NCBI GenBank assembly: GCA_023920165.1
Contig: CP089274.1
Span: 930,001-994,000 of the forward strand
Source: Curvularia clavata
Taxonomy: Eukaryota
Direction: 5' to 3'
DNA length: 64,000 nt
A program made the position numbers and the translations under genes. The notes under the pieces were generated by a model, which was not told the DNA's origin, ran no database searches, and saw only the letters and a list, made by a program, of their open reading frames with translations. Positions 1 through 14,423 of this stretch are shown piece by piece; the stretch's first letter is position 1; every line of letters starts with the position of its first letter.

Positions 1-131
1 GACATTTGTTTGCAAAGAACAACCCAAAATGCCACCTCACAGAATGAACAACATGCTAGACTTACCTTGCCTCTTGGGGAAAGAACCCATAAGCATACCC
101 ATGTATACCAAGCACGCTTTCATGATCCACC

Positions 132-1073
132 ATGCCCACAAATGCTACTCACAAAGACTTCCAAACCATGAAGAAACTAACCCAACGAGGCGACGCCGGC
201 CTGCAAAACAAGGGCATCTACCTCACCAAGCACCTCGCCTCCCGAAAAGTCTACGTTGAAAAGCGCCTCACCTTCTCCGGCTACGCCCAACGCGAAATCC
301 AAGCCATGCGCCTCTGCCCCAAACATCCCCATCTTGTCTCCATCTTCGCCTTCGACCAGCGCACTCCCAGCTCCATCTCCATCTACATGCAGCACTGCGA
401 GCTCGGCAGCCTGGACGCACTAATCATGCGGTACAACCAGCGCAGTGCACGTCTCCAAGACGAAGGGTTCATTTTCCGCGTCTTCTGGCATCTCGCGCTC
501 GCGGTATGCTATCTCTGGACGGGCCACGACTACACCGACACACGGCAGCGTGCGTTTCAGGGGCGATGTGCGCCGCAGCGAGGCGATTGGAATCCGATAT
601 TGCATCGGGACATCAAGCCCGGTAATGTGTTTATGACGCGCGATACCGCGGGTTTATCCGGGGATTCTTGCGATAGATACCCCTGCATAGTGTTAGGGGA
701 CTTTGGCTGCGTCGTCTCGGCTTCAGAAAAGCACTCTAGACATGCAGATTTGCTCGGCCAGGGCGATCCGCGCTTTCAGCCCCCGGAGCGCGGGTTCAGC
801 ATGCAGAGTGATGTCTTTTGTGTCGGGGTCGTGCTGAATTGTCTCGCGCGCATGGCGCAGTTCCCAGAAGAGATTGACCCGCAGAGACCCCTGGGTAGAC
901 AGTATACTGGGTCTATGCATCTAGCGCAGATGGTAAAGGATTGTTTGGCTCTGAGGCCGCAGCAGAGACCGTCGCCAATGGAGCTCCCAAAGATGGTGTT
1001 TGAGGGGTACCGGGTGTGGCGTCAGGGTAGAGGATGCAGTGGGGATCCTCTGCCAAGGTGGGCTTTTGGCTGA
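132..1073 (+). CDS. Intronless Ser/Thr protein kinase (NimA/NEK-like catalytic domain only)
   Basis: 313 aa. Contains the YVEK lysine, alphaC Glu (AQREI), IYMQHCELGSL hinge, LHRDIKPGNVF catalytic loop, LGDFG, PPE and SDVFCVG. The Gly-rich loop is non-canonical. Confidence 0.85.
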   Translation: MPTNATHKDFQTMKKLTQRGDAGLQNKGIYLTKHLASRKVYVEKRLTFSGYAQREIQAMRLCPKHPHLVSIFAFDQRTPSSISIYMQHCELGSLDALIMRYNQRSARLQDEGFIFRVFWHLALAVCYLWTGHDYTDTRQRAFQGRCAPQRGDWNPILHRDIKPGNVFMTRDTAGLSGDSCDRYPCIVLGDFGCVVSASEKHSRHADLLGQGDPRFQPPERGFSMQSDVFCVGVVLNCLARMAQFPEEIDPQRPLGRQYTGSMHLAQMVKDCLALRPQQRPSPMELPKMVFEGYRVWRQGRGCSGDPLPRWAFG

Positions 1074-1966
1074 ATTCAAGTATCCAATTAGAAATGGGAT
1101 TTAATATCGAGGTATCAACTTGTACTGCCTGCTGGTAAAATGGTTCGTGTAAAGTGCCTGGTTTCATGTGAGAAGCCACAATGCGCAGGAATGCTGAGCT
1201 AGAAATCAAGACCGATGGCCATACCTTAGACTACAGGTGCTAATCGATCGTAGCGCGATCGTGAAAGTAAATCGTTCGGGAGCAGTAACGTACGCTTCTG
1301 AAATTGGCCGGGTCGGGCCGAATAGGAATGGTACGCAGAGTCGAGGTACTTGTATTCTCACACACGCAGAAGTGTGGGGGAGGACAACAGATAGGCGAGG
1401 GGCGGATGACGAACAGCGGGGCGGCATAGATAACCGGCTGATATCGAGACTATCAATATGACTACAAGCCAACTTCAGATTATGCTGAATAGTTAGTATC
1501 AATTCGTACTTTCTCATCTCGGTGTCCCTTATCCCTACCATGACAACAGCACCAGATGAGCAGTTCATGTAAACCTGAACTTTGACTCTGATTTCATTCC
1601 ATCTATCCACGTGTTAAGCAAACAGTAGTCCAAAACATCACATATAAACAAACAAGTCATTTGGATACACTTGTTGATTGATTCTACATAGCACAAAACG
1701 AAAAAAGAAAAGATGACACTTCATAGAAAATACAATACGAGTCTCGACTGTCCCATTTTTGTTCCGACCCCCTCCGGAGCGCCATGCAAAAATCAGTCAG
1801 GAAACAAGATTATTTCAGCTTCCTCTGCTGAGGAAGGTCAAAGAAAAGAACGCCATGCCAAAAAGAACCACACTCATTCCAGCTTGAAAAAAAAACACCC
1901 CCAAAAAAAGATAATGGTTAACACCCATACACCCTAACATCCTCCAAAATCCCTATCCTCAGTCGC

Positions 1967-4900
1967 TTACAAGTATGCCATCCAAAGTGGATCGCACTGA
2001 CTCAACTTGGCCGGATGCACCGCGACAGCAACAAGATCGACCACAGTCTGGTTCGCTGGTAGATTGGCGCCGGTGGGCAGACTACCAATGGCGCTAGCCC
2101 TCTTCACCACCAAATCACTGTTGTTCTGAACACTCTCCCGGAGCACTTCTGGCGTTAACTGAGCAGCCTTGTGTTGGCTAGTGAACCAATGGTTCATCTC
2201 GTCACGCATGAAGATACTGAGCTGCATCTCCAACTCGCCCTCGGGTTCGATCAAGCATCGAGCAACAGTCATGACACTGGGTGCGAAGATGCCTTCGAGG
2301 TTGAGCGGGCCCATGATGGTTTGGAGGTTGGGCGTAAGACGGAAGGGTACAGGCTCCGAGTTGTGCAGGATGGGTTTGCCTACAGCCATGCTGGGAATCA
2401 ACTCAGAGCCCCAGATGCGGCCGCTGGCGCGTGAGACGCTGATCTTTTGTGGGAAGCGCGTGTTCATGTGCATAACGTAAGTCATAAACGTGAGGGCAGC
2501 GAGCTGGTAACTGAAGGTGCGACGGAACAGCCAGAAGTCGTCAAAGGTAGGGAACGTGGCCCGGAAGTAGTCCTGAATGACGGTCGGAGGTACATATTTC
2601 TCTTGCACAGCAGCAAACGTCTCGAGGCGGATGCTGTTGGCGTGATCCAGGTTCTTCTGTTGACATTGCATTAGTGTCTGTTGGCGGTCTCGAGAATCAC
2701 AGTCAAAACTTACAGGCTGGAGCGCTCTCAGCTTCTCGATACTGAAGAGAATGGGTTCATCCTTGTTGATCCCGTTCTTACGGCAATAATCTTCGTAGAT
2801 ACCCTGCATGTTGATATACGATGCATCATCCTGAACCATGCGAACGCTGGGTGTGATTGGAATCATGAGAGGGAGATGGAACTGCAAGTTTCTCCTGCGA
2901 CTCTCCTTGCGCTTCGCTAGGATACCGTTGAAGATGCGGAACAATTGTACAATGCGCTCTTCACGCCTTGAGCTCCTGGCAGCAGGGAACTGAATAGCAA
3001 ACGGATGAATGCTTCCATCATGACCCCGGATTCTGAGGCGACGATGGCAGATACCAATTCCTCGCACCAGCTCCACATCAGGAAGGAAGCGCTCGATTCG
3101 CACAAAGTCGGAGTTCTTGTCTCGATGCTGCAGATACTGTCCAGGTACTTCGACATCATCAAACTTGAGGAAACGGAACTCGCTGAGTTGGTGCGTGTAC
3201 TGCTCCAGCGGCACTGTGAGCTTCCTGCGGTCAAGCCTCTCCTCGAAGCGATTCCGCCATGTGCGCAGCTTCTGGATGTACTCGTACATGGTCGGCTTGT
3301 TGGTGACAAAGTCCTTCTCAAACGCTTTCCGGATATGCGGTGGCAGGACGGATTCAGCGAAACGCGTTATGTTCGCTTCAGTCGACGCTGGCAATTTGAT
3401 CTCGCGTGCGTAGAGGTTTGGTTGGCGACCGACATAGGATAGGCCATCGTTCAGCAGGGCTACGATGAGTCGATAAGCATCTTCGTCGGGAGGACACTTG
3501 AAGTTCTTTTGAATCTGGTCAAGCATTGTCTCCATGGATAGAGCAAGCAGAGGGAATGCCGTCTTGAGGATTGCACTGATCTCTTCCACATGATCCCATG
3601 GCTTCTTTGGTGCTGGAGGCGCCTCGGCAGGGGCAGGTGCACCAGCAGCCTTTGGACTGCCTTGCTGTGCACCTTCTGTCTTGACTGTACCGTTGGCGGT
3701 TCCGTTTGCAGCAGGCTTGGTATCAGCACCCGCAGCCGCGGGCTGGTTGGCGGCGCCAGATTCAGGTGACGCCTGCTTCGTTGCTGGTGAGCCCTGTGCC
3801 TGTTGTTGCTTGGCCTTTGCCGCCTTTTCCTTTGCTTCTTTCTGCTCGTGCGTCTTCTTGAGCACCGCCATATCTTCTCGTGTCGTGCGGAGATGGCAAT
3901 ACAGCGCCTGGGGATATGTCTTGGCCAATTTGCCCAGGATGGATCGCGCAATGGGAGCTTCCTGACGAGAAAGACTGTTCAACAACTGCGGAATGTAAGT
4001 AATCCAGTACCACGCTGGTGTATCGCCCTTGAACTCCTCAAACTTCTCCGCCAGTTTGCGCTCGGGGTTGTCCAGGCTGAGCAACCACAATACACGTCCA
4101 AGCAGCTTTCTTGACTTGGCATTCTTGAACTGACTGGCAGCCTCCAAGTAGCAGCTGAGTGCAGCCTCTGCCCTCTCCAAGTTTTGTGGCTCCTCCTTGA
4201 ACAGCATGTCGTTGTAGCGTCCCCACTCTGCCCATGCTTTGGGCAGCTTGATGTCGAAGTACAAGGCAGTACCAAATGCCTCGCCAGCTTCACTCTTCTG
4301 GCCCAGTTTTGCCAAAAACATTCCCTTGAGAGTGTAGAACTCTGCCTTCTGGTTCGGACCAAAGTAGTTGAGGTTGGTGTTGTTAATTACATCCAAGCCG
4401 CTGTTAAGATCGGCCTTGATCTGATAGTGGCACTTTGCTTGTTCGCGCAACTTCAAAAACGCCTCTTGGATCTCAATGTTAGGGAGAGTGTAGATCCGGC
4501 CGAGCTGGTTAATGCAAACTTCGGGCAAGTTGTGCTTACGTGCCACATGTGCAAAACGATTAATGATCCATGCGGTCTCGTGGTAGCCTCGGTATGCAAA
4601 AGAGTTGCCACTGGCGTTATTCTGGTTCGGAGGCAGCAGATTCAGGTAGACACCATTAATGAGCTGGAAAATATGCTGGCGCCAAGTGACAAGGTCTTGC
4701 CATGCATTGATGTCGTCCCAGAAATTGGGCAAGCGATCGCGCCAAGTGCTCAGGAGAAGCTTGAGCTCCTGTGACTTGACGTCCAGATTGACTTGAGTGG
4801 TCTGCGCAAGGCTCTGGCAAATAACACTAGCGTCGTGCAACTCCACTAGTTGCTGGAAGTGCTGCAAAAGTGGGATGTGGCCTTGGGTGATACGTTGCGG

Positions 4901-7900
4901 GAGCTGGTGCCATTTCCTTATGGACAGCTGGATAGACTCATCGCACAGTCTGTGGAACTCTGGCTGTGTTTCTTGCTTGTTGTGGAGCTTGAGCAACGAC
5001 ATGAAGGTCTGGAAGAAAACTCTCCGTGGCGTTGGCGCATCACTGACAGCCTTGATAGTTGCGTCGAGTTGTTCGCGAGTTTCAGCATTCTGCCATGCAT
5101 CAAAGACGCGCCAAGTAGACTCTAGGTAGAGGTCGTTGAAGTTCTCGTGCTTAGCAAAATCACTCAGGATCTCCCACTGTTGCAATTTCTGTGCACAAAT
5201 GACCCAGTGGTCTTCCCAGAGCATGTATTCGCCGGTGCTGAAGGGAAGGACAGACGTGCGGGCCTTGATCTGCGCGGCCTCGTACATTTGCTGGGCCTTG
5301 TCCCAGATACCACATTGCTCATACGACAGAGCGGCGTTGCTTTCAATGAATTGGCAACGTCGGCGCCATGTGCCATAGAACAAGTCATCTTCTTGCAGAC
5401 CGCTGTAGATCTCCAGCAAAGCATCCAAGTTGCTCTCACGAAGCTTCTCGACGTCCACAACGGGCGAGATGGCGGATTCCTCCATATACACCGCAGCAGT
5501 ATACCAAGCGTTGTATGTCTGTGCCAGGTACTTCATGATATGAGGCGGGAACTTAACCCGTGGTCGCGAGTGTACGATGGCATCAAGCATAGTAGCGACA
5601 CAGTTGGGTCGCTTGTCGAGTTGGCGTGAGTGGTAGTCCTTGGTAAGCAAAGCCGCCATGCCCTTCTCCAGGTCGCTCTGGTCGTCCTTTGTGAGTGCAG
5701 TCCATGCGAGTGGGAAGAATGCTACCCAGATGTTGTGTGCCAGATTACTGTCGGTGTGTTGCAAGTGTCCGAGCGGTTCGAAGATGTCTTTGACCTTGAC
5801 ATCAGCCAGTTGGTTGCAGAAGCGGCGATGGCTATTGACAAAGTTCTCCAACTCGTCATCAACCATAACGTCTCCAATCCTCGAGTCACGGCCATAGGTT
5901 CCGAATAGCGTGCTGGGTTGCATAAGGCGGAAATCCTCTGCGTGAAGCTGCGCTGGCGTGTTCATCTCAACTGAGCCGAACATCAAATGAATGACTTGGC
6001 TCAGCCAGTAGCTGTCAGAGAGTGTGTCCCAGTTCTGGGAAGCCAACACATAGCTCAGACGACTTGCCGCAGTACGACTCAAGCTCTTGTCAAAGATGGA
6101 CATGTATCTGTTGCGCATTTCGACGTCCTGTGCCCGGGTTCCGATCAAGAAAGCGTGCTCCATGCGGACGGTGAGCTCACTCCTGGTGATCTTGGGATCC
6201 TCATATATGCGGATGACGAGATCCAAGAAGCGGGTCAACAGGGAAGTGTCTGCCCTGTGTTCAAACAGTAACATCTTGCTAAGCACTGCCGTCTTTTCCT
6301 TAAGAGTCGGCACAGGCTCAGTAGAACGGAAGATCCATTCTTCAACAAGATCCAGTACTTTCATGCACACTGAGTTGGTTTGCGATCGCTCGACGAGTGA
6401 TGCAAGTACACTGAGGTACGGCCTGCGGTTCTCACCCAATTCATTCATCCGAGCAGCCAAGATGTCGACAGTCTTGAGCACCAGATCTGTCTGAATCTCA
6501 ATCTCACGAGGATCTGTAGGAGGATTGGCTCCTTCAGGGCGCATAGCTGGTGGCACAGCCTGTCCCGGAACTCCGCTATTGGCAGCGAGATGGTCCTTGG
6601 CCATCTTGCCTTGGAACGCTTTCATGACCTGTGGGATGTGCTGGTCAATCTCTTCAGGTCGCTTCTGGCACAAGGTCCACAGAATATTGATAGCGCTGAC
6701 ATAGGAGCTATTGGAGAGCGCCTCTGTGGCAATGGCACCGAGGAAACTGACAAACTCAGTCGAAGGTGATTCTTCAACATTGCCTTCGTCATCAGTGACA
6801 GGCTCAGGCATCACCTCAAGAATTCGTTTGAGAATTGGCTTCAGCTTCATGGCGCCATCCTCAGATTCGTCCGTCGCATGCAGGCTAGCTTGGACGTCGG
6901 GATTCTCGGATCGAAGGGGCTTGTCCAGGATCTTCTGAAACTGTGGGATGCGCTGCAAGACCCAATCATCAGGTTTGACGTTGACAATGACCTTAACAAT
7001 CTGAAGTGTGTTGATCATACGAGTGTTGAAGGCCTCGACCTTGTCATCCTGCTTCATTTCAGTGAGGAGAATCTCTTCGATCTTTTTGGTGAGCATGAGA
7101 TCAAGATCCAGATCATTCCACAACCGTGGGGAGAGCAAGTCGTGCAATAGCTGCACAGCCTTCCTGCAGATCTCTGCGGTCTGTGCCGTGTTAGGAGCTA
7201 CAACGGCAGCATCCTTGGCCTTTGGTGAGGCAACGGGGAAGCGCTCAGGCAGGTACGCAATAAACTGTATGAGGTACTTCACCAGCATCATCCGAATGCC
7301 AGCCACTGCGACGAAGCCCCTCGGAGAGCTCGGCGCCACAGAAGACCCATCAGCGCGCCTCTTGAGCGCTTGCGGTGACTCTGACTGTCGATCCGATGAC
7401 CATCCGCTCTCACTTGCTGTACGGTCTTCCCATGTCCTGATCAGGCTGACCAAGTTCAATGCAAGCTTCTTTGCATCGGCAGACGGGTTTGGAGGCTGCG
7501 CGATTTTGGACAACGATGTGATGATGATCGGGGAAAGATGCTCTCTGCCCTCGTAAAAAAGATCTGGGTGTCGAACCAGGAAGTTGAAGATGCTCATCAA
7601 CTGCTGCAGATTAGAACTCTCCTCGGCCAGAATCTTGCGGGGGAACTGAATCCAGCGAGGTAGTTTGGAGTCTGTTCCAGGCAAAAGTGGCATCCGCTTC
7701 TTCAATACAGGAGCCATGAGTTCCAGTGCTTGCATTACAAGTGAGCGGCCTTCGTTCTGATGCGCTTTGAGAAGAGCCTGATACACTTGCACAGCGATCT
7801 TCACAGGTGTGTCGAAAGCCGCAATGAAGAATGCAATGAGCACATAGGCAGCGTACTTGTTGATGATGTCTTCAAGCTTGATGTAGTTCCAGGCAAACTT

Positions 7901-10900
7901 GATGACGTCTTTGCGAGCTTCCTGGATCATGCCAGGGTAGTGCTTGAGAAGAAGAGTGGTAAGTTGAAGAAGCTCCATCCGGGAGTGGTCTACACCAAGC
8001 TGCGCAGTGTCCTCTGAAAGTTCGAGCGTGGATTGTGGTTTCCATAGGCGGCTGTGAATAGTCTCGGTCATGGCCTTGTCCATGAACTTGGTGCCCTTTG
8101 CTTTCTGATCAAACAAAGCTTCCCAGTTTCGCTTTACATCCATGGCGAAGATGGGGTTTACGATGTATCGAAAAATGAAAGTCTTGGTCTTCTGTGAAGA
8201 ATTTCGGGACGTGTACAAGTCAATGCACTTGTTGACGATCGTTTTCCAGTATTCCATAGACTCGCTGGAGATGATCTGCTCGTAGATGAAGTCGAACAGG
8301 CGTGGTGAGGCCTTGAACTCCTCAGAGGTAACAGCATCGACGAGCTCAAAGAAGAAATCCAGGTTACTCGGCTCGTGCTTGAGGTACGTGGTGAAAATGA
8401 CCATGATCTGATCGCCAGCCTGTTCAGTGGCTAGGCGCAAGTCCGCCTCAAGGCTATTGGCTCTCAGCTTCTTTTCGAGCGAGCGGGCTGCTTCGAAGAG
8501 TCCCTTCCGTAGCTCCGCGTCGGCAACAAGCCACTTGCTGGTTTCCTCACATTGACATAGCGCATATGCAATATGGATGCCATTGAGCTGAGCTTGGCAC
8601 TTCTCCTTTTCAGTACCCTCAGGGTTGATGGCACTCAAGAAGCCTGGGATGTCTTCTGTGACCTGCTTGCGCAGAGCTTCACTCGCCGGATTTTGAAGCA
8701 ATTGGGCGAAGAAGCGTCCTTGAGTGTGATCTTTCAGATTGGGGGCAAAGTGTTCCCAAGCTTCCTTCGGGTACATGCACAGGTACTTGATCAAGGGTTC
8801 TCTGAACGGGCTGTAGTGCGTCCTTCTAAGTGCACTCTCCAACTCGATGACCTTTTCGATGATTTGCTTCAGGAAAGTAGCAGCCGCCGGCGGCAACAGG
8901 TGGAAGATGTTGAAGATGCCAGTCACTATCTTCATCTTCGGGTTCTGTTCGATCATAGTGAACGAAATCTTCTGGAGACTGTTTTGGTCGGCGATGCTCT
9001 TGAGGTGGTCAAGAAGACGGGTTCCAATCTCGACTTTGAAGTAGTTTGTGAGCAACTTCAGCAAGCGAGCAAGACCATCCAGGTTCTCTACGGAGAGCTT
9101 GCGTGGATCTTGAAGGTTAACCAGAATTGGTCGGAGTCCACTTTGGAGCACATCCTTGGGTAGCTTGTTTGTCGCTGAGATAACGCCCGAAAGTCCGGTG
9201 TTGGCCGCCTCAATAACCTCGGGGGATTTGGAGTAGAGGCATTTGAAGAAAACGGCGATGATGCGAAGGAATGTCTGGTTGGGCGGAGTGGTGCTGAACT
9301 CGGGAAAACTCTGGGCAGTAGAGAGAAGACGAATACAGGCTACCCGCAAGTTGACAATGTGGTCGGCATTCCTTTGTTCAAAGGGCTTGCTTGCAAGGTG
9401 CTCGTCTTCGGCATCTGCCAATGCAAGGGACTCCATGAGCAACCTTGTCAACTGCTCATTGAATTCAAGAATGTTGTTCTTGAGCTTCAGACAGAAGGTG
9501 ATGGCGTCGATGTAAGCAATCTGGATGCTAAAGGGCAGTGCTCGGAGTGGCTTTGTCCAGATCGGTAGAATGAGTCTGTCTTTGACAGGTGTGATGAGGT
9601 CGCTCACACTTAGTTCTGTGACATCGGAGAGCACCTGGAAAGCCTTTTGTGTTGCGTCTCGTACGTTCTTGTTCATGTGTGACAGATCTCCCACGAGCTG
9701 TTGGCAGAGTCTCAGCGTTATGTTGTTGCCCTTTTCAAAATCTTCTTTCTTGATCTTCTTGTGGCATCTTCGAATGAGATCTTGAATGAGTCCTTCAGCT
9801 TGTATGCGCGTCTTTGAGTCGAGGTCGGTAGGCATGTCCTTCATGACAAAGTTCAGAGCTCGGACAAGCTCGAAATGACGAGGTATCAGCCAGGTTTGGG
9901 GAAGTCCCAGTTGCTTGATCATGATCTCAATGCCACGAGTTCCGCCAGACTTCATGAACCAGTCATCTGCATGGCAGTTGTGGCAGAAAGTGCTGGAAAG
10001 CTCATTGAACAAGACGAACTTGTCGAGCGAGCTGTCATTTCCAAAAATTGTTTTGGTGGCGTCGCGCATAGTTATGATGATTTGCTCGGCAGCATCACGA
10101 ACAGCCACATGCTCTGAAGCTAGGGAGTCACCGATAGCTTCTGAAATGACATCGGTCTCGATAACGACAGGTCCTTCGCCCGAATGTACGTCAAACGCCT
10201 TGGTCTTGTGTTTGAGGGTTGCAAACTGGGTTCCGAGTTCTAGAAGCGTAAAATGTTTCGCTAGGTTATTGACAAGAGCCTCGGCCTCCGATTTCAATTC
10301 GGGGATAGAGACAGCGAAGATGCAGGCCTTCAACAGTTTCTTCAGCGTCTCTTGCTCCACGCTCTTCTTGGTAATCGATTTCTCGCGTTCAGAAGCTGTG
10401 AGAATATCGTAACCGACATCGAACTTCTTCGCACACAAGTCATTAGCCTGCAGGCGAACCAGCTGGGCAAAGTCATCAGGCAAGCTGTCGAAGCCGACCA
10501 GCAGTTTCGTGTGAGCTGTGATAAGACGGAGCGCCTGCTGCTTGTGGAATAGGTCCGACTTCTTCGCTGCTGGTGTCTTGGGGACCTCGTAAAGCTTTGC
10601 GATTGCGGTATCAATTCCGATTGCTGCAGGGAAAGCGCGATCTTTTGTGGATCCAATGAGACGTATATCTATGGAAGATTGGTCGTCCGAGTATGGCTTG
10701 AAGTTGAGCTCCGGAGGCCCTGTGATGAATTTGCGGTTGCGGCCACCTAGCTTACCAAGGATGCGCATTGTGGTATGGGCGTGGAAGTGGCTGTAAGGAT
10801 TCGGCTTGAGATGCTCCCACAAAGCGGCCATTAATTCATCAATGACAGGTGCCATGATAGGATCCAGGTAGTCCGCAGTCAAATTGTCGACGCAAAGCTC

Positions 10901-13574
10901 CAGCGTCCGAAGCCCCTGACCCACAAGATCAGATCCAGCTCGCAGGGCAACAACCAGTGGTCTCATAAGGTAGCTGAGATGAGGCAGAAGATTACTAAGC
11001 CTCGCCGGTACCGTAAGAGAAAGCTCAACAAACAGGTCTCTTTCAGCAGGCTTGCGCGCTGTCAGAAGAAGGTTGTTGAGGACGTCCAACAGCATCTCCA
11101 AAAGAGGCAGAATCTCCTTGTAGAGATGCTCAAACCGGCCACCACCAATACTCCTGAAGAGCGATCTGAGCAACAGAAAGTAGTTCATAGGCTCCTCGGC
11201 AGTCGTTGACAACTGGATGGACTTGGTGATGATCTTGCTGACGTGCGGCAAAAGCACCTGCTCATTTTGGGCAGAAAAGAGCGTGACTGCCATAAAAGAC
11301 AATTTGAAGAGGCGAAGCATGATGGATGACTTCTTGACATCTGCAGTGCCAACCTCTTCGATTCGGTCCATGAGAAACTGGAGCAACATTCCCGAAAAGC
11401 TGGGAGACGTAGCCTCGGAAGCGAGAAGAAACTGTGGAACGTGGAGTAACGCCGGGTGATCGAACATCATATCGTACAAATGGGGTATCTCGGATGAAAA
11501 CACTTCGTGGAATGTAGCCGGGTCTATGTGGTGGAAAACGGTCGCAAACGTCTCCAGCAGGTCCTTCTCTTCTTTGCCGCTCGACATCATATGTTGGTTG
11601 CCCATGAAATCTCCTGGTGACATTCCTTGGGTCTCGGGCGCTTTGTCAGTGCCGTAATAACGGAACACCTTGGCACCTTCACGGAAAAGCTTGATCAGTA
11701 CCTCTACCTCTTCGGCGTTGTAGCCAAATGACACCTCGTGCCAGTTGGCAGATGCATTAGCTGGATCGATCTCCTCTTTGATCTTGGCGGGATTGCAGGC
11801 TCGAAGCTGGTAGAAGAGATTTTTGAGTCCATGCAGTAGGTTCTTGAACAGGAACTTGTTGTCAGCAATCGGGTCAGAGCTTCGGTCTCGCGGATTTGAT
11901 GTCTTGATGGGCGTCGCGTTGAAGATGTCAATCTCATCCCAGTCTGGGGGGTTGTCTTGAACAGCCATGTGGTTCTCATCGGTCGCATCAATTGATGGCT
12001 GGCTGTACTGTGCTGACAGCTTGACGGCGTTGTGATATTGGCGGTTCATCGCGGCAAATTTGTCTCCGATGGCGTTCAGGATCATGATCAAAAAGTACCG
12101 GGCATCCTCCTTGGGCTCTAGCTTAGCAATGCACTCCGCCATGTTCAGAAGCAACTTGGCGCTCATGGTCTGAAAACTGGTCCCTGGAAAACTGTCGTGT
12201 AGATTCTTGGTGTACACCTCGACCGTCCGGCGAATCTGTTCTTTCGAAAGAGAATCTCGCAAATGGTGGATGAGGTCAGCGAGCATACTGTACGCAAGCG
12301 GGCGCATGGTTTCGTATACGGTGAGTCCGTCTCCTATCAGGGTCCTCTCATCCAACAACTCGTCAATCTTCTTGAGAAAGATTTTACGAAAGTTGAAGTT
12401 GATAATGTGCCGTATAGCCACCAGTAGCTCTTTACGCGCGCCAGACTTTTCTCGTGGACAATCCTTAAGCAGGCGAACAACGATATCCGGCAAGGTTGGC
12501 AGAAAGTCGTTCAGTTGGTTTGCGTAAACTCGCAGCAAATATGCCAGGAAGCTCATGGTCTTAACCTGAGCTGTGATAAAGTCTCCAAATGCTGCTCGGT
12601 TTCGAATTTCCTTGCTGACACCAGTGAATATTTTGCCTTGAGCTTTAGCCTCCTCGTGCGCCTTCTCTTGCGGCTTCGCTTGGAGCAGAAGCACATTTTT
12701 GATCAACGGAACGAAGAGTTTGACGTTCTTGTTCACGCAGTTCCTATATGCCTGAAACAAAGATACGACAATGATTGGACACTCTGCAAGCACTTTGAAC
12801 GACTGCATGCCCTTGAGCAGCATTCGTGTCTGTTGGTGCTCAGATCCGAGATCGCCTGCAGAACCGGAACTCAGGGCAGTCGCTGGTGAACTGGGCCGAG
12901 GGGACTGCGAAAATTGGTGGTTGCTCGGGGTCGACGGTACGCCTTGAGAGGCTTGCGCGGTTGCGCTGGTATCGAAGGTGTCGTGTACTGCCTGCTCCAT
13001 CGTCTCGAACATTTCTTGGATCAGGTCTAGGAAGGGCTGAACACGGTCCGCGAGCGCCTTGGTTTGATGGCGCTGGAAATCCATAATGGTCTTCATACAG
13101 AGCACGGCATTGTCTTCGTTCTCCAGCTTCACTAAACTCATAAGCTTGTCCACAATCTTGGCCGCGTGCGGTTCGATCGCCTCGGTCGGGTTCATGGGCA
13201 GGCGGTGCAGGATTTCGAGGATACAGTTCCGTATGCGCTGTTTCCGAGTCAGAAAGTTATCCTGATGCTACGAGTTTTGCACCCACCTGTTCGGGAGATG
13301 TTGATATGAATACTGGGTTGCCATCCAGTATCTTGAGGAACACAGGGACCAGATGGTTGAGGAATGCGCTATACTGCGGCCCTTGACAATAGCTCTCGAT
13401 GTTGTCTCGGATCTCAATGGCCTGGGTGCCTTTTGCTCTCAAATCTGCAACAGTCAGCCTCTATTCAAGTTGTTTGATATGCGCGACCGTATGCGATCAT
13501 GCTTTGGAGTATCCTGTACCAGAGTTAGGGTCATCCAGTTTGGAGGCCATAGCCTCGAAGTTGTGGGACGCCAT
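1967..13574 (-). CDS. TRA1: Tra1/TRRAP, PIKK-family pseudokinase scaffold of SAGA/NuA4
   Basis: More than 3700 aa: helical repeats, FAT region, PI3K-like domain lacking catalytic motifs (EPVPFRLTPN) and a FATC-like end (DPLWMAYL). Exons by eye: 13574-13520, 13444-13287, 13237-2714, 2656-1967, all with in-frame GT-AG introns. Confidence 0.95.
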
Positions 13575-14423
13575 CGTGCCGATGCTTGCAGCCTACGGCT
13601 GCTCGTCCACTTGTGTAGAGCCCTCCCAGGCTGCGCCGTATGATGTTGTGTCTATTCAGTGGTTATAGCGACCGATGTGGCACAAGGCAGGCGCATTTGC
13701 TCTGAGGATGGCGATGCGGTTTGAGGTTCGCTGGCAGGTGGCTGCAATGGGAAATATTAAAATTGGAAAAGGAAGGGATAGGCTAGATGGCCCAGTTGGT
13801 CATTAAAATCGTTATGAGAGAACGAGGAGTGGTGCTGGTGGGGGAGGGCGCGTCCAGCAGGTGCTGGTATAGGTCGCGTCTTGAGCTCTGCAGAGCACTC
13901 AACTGACGAACGGCCGCAGATGCGGAAATGCCCTGGACTCTGAACCGGCAAGTTCCGTGAGCTGGTTGTTGCTGATTGGGCGGCGCTGACCCCTGCGCCT
14001 ATGCCACTTCGGGATTAGTGGCATCGGCATCTGTGAATCTCCGGCATGTGTCATACACACATCCTGGTTGCGCGCAAATGTTGGAGACCTCGGCCACAAC
14101 TGAACTCCAGTAACAGTCACACCACTATACATGCCTCACAAAGGTTGCAGATTGGAACATAGCTCGGGGACATTTGAACGTCAGAAACTCTTGTCGTCTA
14201 CGTAACTGCATCTAAATATCGCCTCTCCATCACCGCAATCCGTCTTGGCCAACATCAGCCACCATTCATGTTGCAAAACATCACATAGTTGTACAGGCCA
14301 AGTTTGCTTCCAATTCTCTGTCCAGTCAAGGGAAAAAATGGTGCATTTACATTTGGGCGCTCCGAGACATTCCATGTCAAGGTGGAGATGAGTCGGATAG
14401 CGAGCATACCAGCCTAGAGCCAT

